Assembly: GCA_963737155.1 (NCBI GenBank)
Contig: CAVTRN010000001.1
Coordinates: forward strand, 1,536,001 to 1,600,000
Origin: Nitrospirota bacterium
GTDB lineage: Bacteria; Nitrospirota; UBA9217
Reading direction: 5' to 3'
Length of the DNA: 64,000 nucleotides
Position numbers and translations under genes: made by a program. This document shows positions 10,657-18,357 of this stretch, one piece after another (the first letter of the stretch is position 1; every line of letters starts with the position of its first letter). Below the pieces are notes generated by a model. That model did no database searches. It saw only the letters and a list, made by a program, of their open reading frames with translations, and was not told the DNA's origin.

Positions 10657-11003
10657 ATTTCGTTCCTCCCATGAATCCATTTAATGCGTCCGTTCCGAAT
10701 AAAATAATGACATCGTAGTTTGGAATCCCGATAATCGATACTCGGAGAGATGGTAAGAGAATCTTGTATATTTATTGACCAATATGGCCACCGGTTTTTG
10801 TCGGTGTTCAGCATGATACGGTGCCCATTTTGGCACGGACAGTCAAAGGCAATCCATTTCGGGTTTGAAAGCGCTCCAACTAAGATTGCGCCATTACGTG
10901 GCAACCGCAGCGGAATTTCGTCAGCTGACTCTATCACCCCGACAATTCGCCACCCATGGATGGGAAGCCATTGCCACCATGAAATCTTTAAGACGTTGGC
11001 CAT
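10653..11003 (-). CDS. DUF6527 family protein (Bub-associated)
   Basis: WIAFDCPCQNG...W...LTISPSI...CHYFIRNGRIKW signature. Confidence 0.8.
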   Translation of the reverse strand: MANVLKISWWQWLPIHGWRIVGVIESADEIPLRLPRNGAILVGALSNPKWIAFDCPCQNGHRIMLNTDKNRWPYWSINIQDSLTISPSIDYRDSKLRCHYFIRNGRIKWIHGRNEI

Positions 11004-12376
11004 GTTTGCTCCAAAAACGGCTGTGTCATGCCGATTCCCAGCTTACCCGTAGAAGGATGACAATAATGACCTATCCGAGGTTGCGCAATATTGGTCGAAA
11101 TTTCACGTTCGTGACAGCGCATCAACACTTCGCTCGGACGTGGCTCAGGCCCATAACCGATCAAGCGTTCCAACAACTCGCTTACCGCCGTAGCGCTTAC
11201 GAGCGTTGTAAACGTTACAACAGCCGGCTCTGTTTGCGCCAGTGCAGGTGCGTAACCCTCACCTTCTCGGCGCACTCGTTCATCCGGAGTGAGCAGTTCT
11301 GCGCCTGCGCGGGCGAAATCGATCCGGTCACGGCAGATAAGACAGGCATGTCCAGGAGAGAGAATCGTGACGCGGCCGTCGATACCCGTCAATTGACCAC
11401 TTTCATCGCTGCTTAAAAGTACGCCGCAATCAATTATGGGCGTTAGTAGATAGGTTGCAAGGCGAGATAGCACCAAACGACCCGCATTGTCATCAGTGCA
11501 GCCAAAGACCACATCACACCCAATCAGACTGCGTGCAGCTGATTCTAACGTGACCATTGATTGTACTGTTTCACAACGGAGGTTCGGAGCAATCCGCATG
11601 AGATGTCGATTCAGTATCTGCACTTTTGGTTTTCCGATGTCCGATATAGTTGAGCCATACACTCGCGTTAGATTGCTTTCGGAGAGATCGTCAGGATCCA
11701 CAAGGGTGAGATTCCTGACTCCTAGACGAAGAAGTTGCTCGGCAACAGCTGAACCTGTGCCGCCACACCCGACAATCCCGATAGCAAAATCGCCGAGTGT
11801 TTGTTGGACGGCGGCTCCAAAAGCTCGTACATTCCTGTCGAAAATGGGGGATAGCTGAGGCAGTGAGGAATCATACGCTCGGACTAGTCGCCACCGATTT
11901 CCGACTTGCCATAATCGTTCAATTTGCAATGCGTCGCAACGTTCACGCTGCAAATATCCCGTAAAAAACAAATCGGAAGAATGCAACGAAAAAATTAGTG
12001 TCCCATAATATGGGCTGCCTGAGCGGAGACGAAAGAGGTCAGCGATTTCTCTATCCACAATGTGATCATGTTCGCTGGGTCGCGGCGTTGCGTCCTGACC
12101 AGGGTGCGTATGAACCCAAATGCAGGCGGCACCAAGAGTCTCAGCCTCAGCTAACGCATGTACATAACCTTCTGATCGAATCGTTAGCCCATACTGTTCC
12201 CTCCGGCTATAGGCTTCTTCTCCCACCCATCGCATGCAGCGCGCAAGGAGCCTAATATCGCCGTTTGGGGCCTCGGCAACACCTGCCAACATTACGCCTG
12301 CTGTTTCCTTCGGAAGGCTCGTAATCGATAGAATATCTTCTGCTATATCTTGAGGAATTACGACAGATACCGTCAT
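10988..12376 (-). CDS. JAB peptidase-E1 (ThiF) fusion
   Basis: JAB E...VHTHP...S..D; ThiF GCGGTGS, DPD.L..SNL.R, GCTDD, CLIC; GY at the usual catalytic-residue position. Confidence 0.9.
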   Translation of the reverse strand: MTVSVVIPQDIAEDILSITSLPKETAGVMLAGVAEAPNGDIRLLARCMRWVGEEAYSRREQYGLTIRSEGYVHALAEAETLGAACIWVHTHPGQDATPRPSEHDHIVDREIADLFRLRSGSPYYGTLIFSLHSSDLFFTGYLQRERCDALQIERLWQVGNRWRLVRAYDSSLPQLSPIFDRNVRAFGAAVQQTLGDFAIGIVGCGGTGSAVAEQLLRLGVRNLTLVDPDDLSESNLTRVYGSTISDIGKPKVQILNRHLMRIAPNLRCETVQSMVTLESAARSLIGCDVVFGCTDDNAGRLVLSRLATYLLTPIIDCGVLLSSDESGQLTGIDGRVTILSPGHACLICRDRIDFARAGAELLTPDERVRREGEGYAPALAQTEPAVVTFTTLVSATAVSELLERLIGYGPEPRPSEVLMRCHEREISTNIAQPRIGHYCHPSTGKLGIGMTQPFLEQTWPTS

Positions 12377-12773
12377 TTGGCTGACCCCTGAACAGATTTT
12401 TCAAGATCTTTGCGCAGTAGAGCAATAAAGCTTTCAAGACCGTCAACGCCCGATCGCCACTGTCCAGCTGGAAGATGACGAGACCATCGCTGCCAGCTGC
12501 GGCCTAAATAATGCTCGATCACTTCCGTCGCCTGGATAGGCCGACCATCTGCCCTACGAACAGGAGGATCAAACCACCACATGTCTGGGGGCACATCAGG
12601 GTATCCGGGCTTAAGTCGAAGTAAAAGATCCGATTTATCGCGATCGAAACCCGCAGGTAGTTGATAATCTTTAAAAACTATACACGTCATATTCGCCTCA
12701 GACATGAGGGTATGACTACCATTGCCGACACGATCCGTCAGATACTTTGTGTCATCGGGGGTAATAATGTCAT
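12373..12773 (-). CDS. Prokaryotic E2 (family E) with WSRH active site; apparent frameshift near the 5' end
   Basis: LLLRLKPGYPDVPPDMWW...WQRWSRH; ATG at 12773 joins the frame only if the G5 run at 12757-12761 is G6 (MTLLPPDDTKYL); intact part is 12373-12705. Confidence 0.8.
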
Positions 12774-12788
12774 GATTTCCATTTGACT

Positions 12789-13169
12789 TTATGCTCCTGG
12801 ATTGATTTGCGTCGGCGCTGTGAAAAAACGAAGCCCATTCCGTATCTCTACTATATCCTGGTCGCCTATTTTCCGATCAGTGCCCCCGGGCACTACTTCG
12901 AAGAGATCGCGGTCATGTCCTACAGGCGGCGCAGGCAGTGCGCGCAGTTGCAATCCAGTCATTTGTGTTGCCTCGACTTTATAAGACTTACGGTCAATCT
13001 GAATTTCGAATTGGGTCTCATGGTGGTGATGATCCTCTGCCTCCTTAATTTCCTGGAGTGCCTCATCGATCTCATGCTCCGCCGTATCTTCGGCGGCTCT
13101 TGCGACCTTTAAGTCTGCTTCCGCCTTTTTAAGATGTTCCTCTGCCTGCTCAATTATTTTATCTTCCAT
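12789..13169 (-). CDS. Ubiquitin-like protein (multiubiquitin domain) with N-terminal coiled coil
   Basis: FEIQIDRKSY...MTGLQLRAL...DLFEVVPG..D..I...VEIRNGLRFFTAP..INPG-A; AAGGAG RBS. Confidence 0.85.
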   Translation of the reverse strand: MEDKIIEQAEEHLKKAEADLKVARAAEDTAEHEIDEALQEIKEAEDHHHHETQFEIQIDRKSYKVEATQMTGLQLRALPAPPVGHDRDLFEVVPGGTDRKIGDQDIVEIRNGLRFFTAPTQINPGA

Positions 13170-13458
13170 TTCATACTCCTTATTAAATTGCAATTTTATT
13201 TTGTGGTTTGATAGTTTAAACGTAAAATCGATAATAATGCAAACAGTAAGTAATCACTATTCACGAACACGATAAAACGTAACCATTGAACGAATCTCAG
13301 CTCTCATTCAGCACGATCAAGGCCATCTTCATGTTGGCTATCAATTTCGTGTCCGCCTCCGGAAATAATTTGCCAAGTCAGGTGATGCAAAGTGAATTGT
13401 TCATTTTTTTATTACCTCCTAAATTATAGTTTCGGTCAGTTTTATTCGACCATGATTT

Positions 13459-13528
13459 AGTATCGCAGATACTGCTAAGTTTGTCAAGCAATTAATTTAT
13501 ATCAAGCATTTACTTATTTTGCTTGATA
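13459..13528. promoter_or_regulatory. Candidate operator palindromes in the divergent promoter
   Basis: AGTATC-N3-GATACT (13459-13473); TATCAAGCA-N11-TGCTTGATA (13500-13528); extra TCAAGCA half site at 13484. Confidence 0.5.
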
Positions 13529-13591
13529 AATTGAGCATAGTAGGTTAAAATTTTCCACAAGAAGAAATTGAATGTCCAGAGAGGAGCCATT

Positions 13592-13969
13592 ATGAAAGTG
13601 GAAGAAAAAGAGCGTACTACAATGACTCTCGGCGGATATCTATACAATCAACGACAGCGAAAGAAAATGACGCTCCGAGAGGTTGAGGAGGCTACAGAAC
13701 GTGCTGTCTCCAATGCATACTTAAGTCAATTGGAAAACAACAAGATAGTGAAACCATCGCCGAATATACTTTTCAGTCTTTCTTCAGTTTACGGTATCCC
13801 TTATGCGACTCTTATGGAAAAAGCTGGATATATTTCGGATATGACTGACCGCCAGACGGGTAGACACGGGCGCGTTGCCACTTTTGCAGATGAGAAACTC
13901 ACTCAAGAGGAGGAGGAGATCCTCTTAGAATACCTCGCTTTTTTAAGAAATCGTAGAGATAAAAAGTGA
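13592..13969 (+). CDS. XRE-family HTH regulator (CapH-like)
   Basis: TLREVEEAT..VSNAYLSQLEN..I.KPSP.IL..LS.VY; GAGGAG RBS before ATG 13592. Confidence 0.85.
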   Translation: MKVEEKERTTMTLGGYLYNQRQRKKMTLREVEEATERAVSNAYLSQLENNKIVKPSPNILFSLSSVYGIPYATLMEKAGYISDMTDRQTGRHGRVATFADEKLTQEEEEILLEYLAFLRNRRDKK

Positions 13970-14883
13970 TAAAACGAGACGACTCTTATTTACCACCTGA
14001 CAGGCTCACCGCCGTCAAGAAAGAAGCCAATCGCGCATTAAGAAATGCGGATGCTTATGGTGTGTTTCCCACGCCTATAGAACAAATTTTTGAGATGGCA
14101 AAAGTCGACCTGGCTCCAGAAGACGCTTTCCATACTGGCCTTGTTCGTAGATTTAGAAATAAATTCGGCGATACTCTCAGACGTGCATTATCAAAAGTTA
14201 GTGGAATATTTGACGTCGCAGGACGCATAATCTACGTCGATCAGACCCTCCATGCGGTCAAACAAACCTTTCTCAAATTGCACGAAATCGCGCATTCCTT
14301 TATGCCATGGCAGCGCAACCTGTATTCAGCAATAGAAGATTGTAAAAAAACAATAGAATCAGAACAAGCTGATGCTTTTGATCGGGAGGCGAATGTCTTT
14401 GCTAGCGAAGTATTATTTCAAGGCAATCATTTTATGGAAGAAGCAGCAGACTGTACTTTTGGAATATTGACACCTGTTAATCTCAGCAAAAAATATGGCG
14501 CTTCGATTTATGCAGCAGTCCGCCGATATGTACGAACAAATCCCCGAGCCTGCGCCGTTCTTGTTATTAATAGTCCTATTTTAGCAGAAGTCGATGGATT
14601 CATAGCTACTCTTCGAAGGGTAGAAATGTCGGAAACTTTTTTACTACAATTTGGCAACATTGCGTTCGCGGAACAATTTACGCCTGATGATCAGATAGGC
14701 GCTATGATCCCGATAGAAAAACGAAGAATGACAAGACCACGTATTATTCTTCTTGAAGATATTAATGGAGCAACTCATGAATGTGTTGCAGAAGCATTCA
14801 CTCAGACATATCAGATTTTTATCTTAATTTGTCCCAAATTGAGTTTAACTCGTAAATCAATAGTCGTGCCGCCTTTCAAATAA
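13966..14883 (+). CDS. ImmA/IrrE-family metallopeptidase (CapP-like)
   Basis: FLKLHEIAH (HExxH), REANVFASEVLF; GTGA overlap with the HTH gene region. Confidence 0.85.
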   Translation: MIKRDDSYLPPDRLTAVKKEANRALRNADAYGVFPTPIEQIFEMAKVDLAPEDAFHTGLVRRFRNKFGDTLRRALSKVSGIFDVAGRIIYVDQTLHAVKQTFLKLHEIAHSFMPWQRNLYSAIEDCKKTIESEQADAFDREANVFASEVLFQGNHFMEEAADCTFGILTPVNLSKKYGASIYAAVRRYVRTNPRACAVLVINSPILAEVDGFIATLRRVEMSETFLLQFGNIAFAEQFTPDDQIGAMIPIEKRRMTRPRIILLEDINGATHECVAEAFTQTYQIFILICPKLSLTRKSIVVPPFK

Positions 14884-14913
14884 ATGTCATGTGAGGTCTC
14901 CTTTTTTTATGAC

Positions 14914-15366
14914 TTACGGTTTTTTCGCATCTTCGGCCCGTACCGAGTACGCAAGCATGCGTGCAAAACGGTCGCGATCTAATTCGGCGTTCCCGGTACT
15001 ATACGTGTCGTCTTTCTTGTGCTGAGCCTTGTATTTCTGCCAGAACTTCAATACCTGTTCGGTAATATCGATGGAGTCTGTATTTAACTTTCGCACCTTA
15101 TTGCGGAGAACGAGAGCGTTTATCTCCGACTCGATAGCAACGTATTGATCGACGAACTTGGCATATTGGCGATTCTGTCCATCTGTTTCCAGAAGATTTC
15201 CGTAAAAATGGTCAACCAACTTTGCACATTCAAACGTTGTGCGCTGGGTATCTGCATCATAGGGCGCAATAAGTTGCACACTACATCCAGTGATAAATGT
15301 GATGGACGTGAAAAACAACAAAAACAATAGCGGATATTGGCGAGAGCACTTTGCTTTAGTTTGCAT
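14914..15366 (-). CDS. Hypothetical lipoprotein
   Basis: Signal peptide ending ITGC; AGGAG RBS. Confidence 0.7.
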   Translation of the reverse strand: MQTKAKCSRQYPLLFLLFFTSITFITGCSVQLIAPYDADTQRTTFECAKLVDHFYGNLLETDGQNRQYAKFVDQYVAIESEINALVLRNKVRKLNTDSIDITEQVLKFWQKYKAQHKKDDTYSTGNAELDRDRFARMLAYSVRAEDAKKP

Positions 15367-15491
15367 GTAAGTATCTCCTTAATCAACGCTTAAACCTTCT
15401 GCAGATTGCAAATATCGTTAAAATGCCCGCGGAAAACATTTATCGTTTGGGGGGAATAGTCCTGTAGGCATTCTCGATCTGTGAAACGCAA

Positions 15492-16259
15492 TCAACCATC
15501 TATACCGGCATAATAATTGTAAAACTGCTTAGCTGTTCGTCCGCTTTTACAAGCTCTTAACAGCGAGAACATTCTAGCGGCTTCATGTAGCTTGCTTCTA
15601 TCCCCCCTGTAATTTGGGAAATAACTGTCGATGATTCTCAGGTAGCCTTCCATGTCTGCTTGATAGAACGATAACCAAAGCCCAAACCTATCTGACAACG
15701 ATATCTTTTCTTCAACAGAATCTGTATAATGCAATTCTCCATCAACAATACTTGTCTCTATGTTGTCTTTCATGTGTTCAGGTACTAGATGCCTACGATT
15801 AGAAGTTGCATATAGCAAAACATTGTTTGGTGGCTGCTCGATGGATCCTTCAAGCACGGTCTTCAGGGCAATATATGAGTTCTCATTTTCATCAAAGGAA
15901 AGATCATCGCAGTAAATAATAAATCTTTGCGGAAGTTCTCTTATGTCGTCAACTATGTAAGGTAAATTATACAAATCATTCTTCGATACTTCAATCAAAC
16001 GTAATCCATTTAATTTATATTCGTTCAGTATTGCCTTAATTAGTGATGATTTTCCTGTACCTCTCGCTCCCCACAATAATGCATTGTTGGCCGGCTTGCA
16101 GGAAAGAAATCGCTTTGTATTATTTACCAATTCTTCTTTCTGGTTTTCAATTCCAATCAAGGCAGCTAGAGTAATGGGGTCTATGGCCTTTACAGGACGA
16201 AGCTTACCTTGTTGTTGTCTCCATACAGCTGCATTTATTTGAGACCAGTCTATATCCAT
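15492..16259 (-). CDS. DUF815 family AAA+ ATPase (intact)
   Basis: ANNALLWGARGTGKSSL, IIYCDDLSF, YATSNRRHLVPE, SLSDRFGL. Confidence 0.9.
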   Translation of the reverse strand: MDIDWSQINAAVWRQQQGKLRPVKAIDPITLAALIGIENQKEELVNNTKRFLSCKPANNALLWGARGTGKSSLIKAILNEYKLNGLRLIEVSKNDLYNLPYIVDDIRELPQRFIIYCDDLSFDENENSYIALKTVLEGSIEQPPNNVLLYATSNRRHLVPEHMKDNIETSIVDGELHYTDSVEEKISLSDRFGLWLSFYQADMEGYLRIIDSYFPNYRGDRSKLHEAARMFSLLRACKSGRTAKQFYNYYAGIDG

Positions 16260-16519
16260 AAAAAAATTCCCTCCCACGAAGAGCAAATCATTGTTGATCC
16301 ATGGTCAGTAGCAAGCAATCTAGGATCTGTTTAGCATCGGATTAAAGTTTTGGACATTTGTCATTCATTAGCCCCTTTTCGGGAAAGCTTGATGATTATA
16401 ACGATCTGGCTCTTGCGCTTAATAAGGGTGTTTAAGGCCACCTTACTCTTCCGGAAGATAAAATCAACATGCCAAGAATAATTTCCTTAAAGAGGAAAGA
16501 GTAGTCAAATCGACTGCGC

Positions 16520-16918
16520 TCAACTCTTGCCTTTTCCTGTCTCTTGGCCTGCGCTCTCGATCAAAGAACCCGGTGCGTTGAGAAATGTCTGGTTGACTTG
16601 GGAAAATAGCTGTGTACTGGCCCCCTCGCTGCTGTCTCGGTCCAGTTCCCCTGCTGATTTATAGACAAGCTCCATAACTCTCGCGGCATCAGATGCCTTC
16701 ACACGAGTATCGGTAACAATACATCCGTCCTTGTCTTTCTCTCCAAGGAATCCGGTCATGATCTTCTCGGCGCATTTTGACGCGAGCCTGAGCTTACGAG
16801 GATGGGCTAGACTCTCCTTCCGCAGCTTCGGTAACACTCGTGACACAGATTTAGGGTGATAATCTAGGGCTTTTGCTATTGCGGAATGAGAAAAGCCGTT
16901 CTCTTCAAGTACCAACAT
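16520..16918 (-). CDS. HTH protein, possibly terminase-small-subunit-like
   Basis: GFSHSAIAKALDYHPKSVSRVL HTH; VKASDAARVMELV helix; reading frame stays open upstream without a clear start. Confidence 0.45.
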   Translation of the reverse strand: MLVLEENGFSHSAIAKALDYHPKSVSRVLPKLRKESLAHPRKLRLASKCAEKIMTGFLGEKDKDGCIVTDTRVKASDAARVMELVYKSAGELDRDSSEGASTQLFSQVNQTFLNAPGSLIESAGQETGKGKS

Positions 16919-17049
16919 AGCGGCCCGTTTTATTGCGCTTTCCGGCTTCCTTCCGGTGATTTTATGTGGTTTTTCTATAGGTTCTAAAGTATCGATATTT
17001 TCTCCGCGTATAAGCCAAATTTATCTTGCCCATACTGGTACAAGACAAC

Positions 17050-17970
17050 TTACGGCTTCTGTGCAATAGTTAGAGCCAAGGATGCCTCCCTCTGAAATCC
17101 TTTCGGTAAGCCGTTCATCTGAATGCCTGTGTAATCGCTGCTCAATAATTCGATAGCCCCATGAAATTCCTTCACCCTAAGTTTTTTGCGGAGTTCCCTA
17201 TTAGATTCAACGACCTTCTGATAGTAATCAACCAAAGTTCGACCCAAGTTGTTCGCGGTCACGAGATAAAGCATATGATCGCCCGTAGAGCCGAAATACG
17301 CGTCTATTTCCCAAATTCGTTCCCCGGCTGGTTGGAAGAGGCCAGGCTGCGGCCAGCAAAGGCCTCCGTGGAATATAAGTAAGTAGTTGTTTGTTCCGGG
17401 TTCGTTGATGCACTTGACACGAATAGTTTGCTTGCAATCTTTGCCCGTCTCGTAAATCTTTAGGCTGTCGCCATTCTTTGGACTGATGATAGTCGCCCCG
17501 AGGGTCTCCTGGGATCGGATAAAGGCGGCATTCTGGGAGCGAATCTTCATCGCAAGATCATGCGGGAAGAGAGCAACCTCGACGCCGCGATGCTGAAGTT
17601 TCCACAACCCCTTACCTGTCACGCCTTGATTGGGGTCCAGGATCCCCACGAAAACTTTCCTGATTTCGTTCTGCAGGATCAATTCGGTACAACACTCCAA
17701 TCCTCTCGTTCGGACCTCCGGTGTGCATGGTTCAAGTGTGGTGTATAGTGTCGCTTTCGGCAGCTGAGTCCTATCCTTGACGCCTTTAAGGGCAACGTGC
17801 TCTGCGTGGTCATCGTCGCCTTCTATCCCTGTTCCTCGACGACCGCGTCCAATCACTGTGTCGCCGATAGCAATAACGGCGCCGACTTTTGGGATGCTTT
17901 CCTTGCTCGGGCTGCATTTGTCTGCCCAGTCTATCGCCTCATTCATCAATTTGATGTCAACATTCTCCAT
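17050..17970 (-). CDS. Zn-dependent deaminase (RibD/CMP-deaminase-like N-domain) with uncharacterised beta-rich C-domain
   Basis: PKVGAVI, HAE, LYTTLEPC...CC, GILDPN; no reductase domain. Confidence 0.8.
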   Translation of the reverse strand: MENVDIKLMNEAIDWADKCSPSKESIPKVGAVIAIGDTVIGRGRRGTGIEGDDDHAEHVALKGVKDRTQLPKATLYTTLEPCTPEVRTRGLECCTELILQNEIRKVFVGILDPNQGVTGKGLWKLQHRGVEVALFPHDLAMKIRSQNAAFIRSQETLGATIISPKNGDSLKIYETGKDCKQTIRVKCINEPGTNNYLLIFHGGLCWPQPGLFQPAGERIWEIDAYFGSTGDHMLYLVTANNLGRTLVDYYQKVVESNRELRKKLRVKEFHGAIELLSSDYTGIQMNGLPKGFQREASLALTIAQKP

Positions 17971-18357
17971 GTTCTTCTCTCCCTGTCTACTCTAAATGAT
18001 TTTCAGCGCGCCCTGGCCAATGAAACAACCCGGCACTCTGGTCGCGAACAACTGGGTTACCATAAGTCCCCTCGTTCTACAGAAAGTACTCTTTGATTAA
18101 ACACTTTATCACAATGACATATTTCAATCAGTAAATTAGCATCAAGCTATTGGGTAGATTTTCTAAGATTCATCTATAAGCAGCGCAGCGGCGTTGACTA
18201 TAAATCAATGTAGAATGCGACTTGAAAATTGAACGCGAGCGCGGGTTACGCGCCGCCTTTGATGCGTCGCTGTGGACCCGCTGGTACGAATCAGTGCGTC
18301 GAATGCTACGCTAATATGTTTTTGTCAACAAATGAGATTTGTCCCATCAATATCCTT

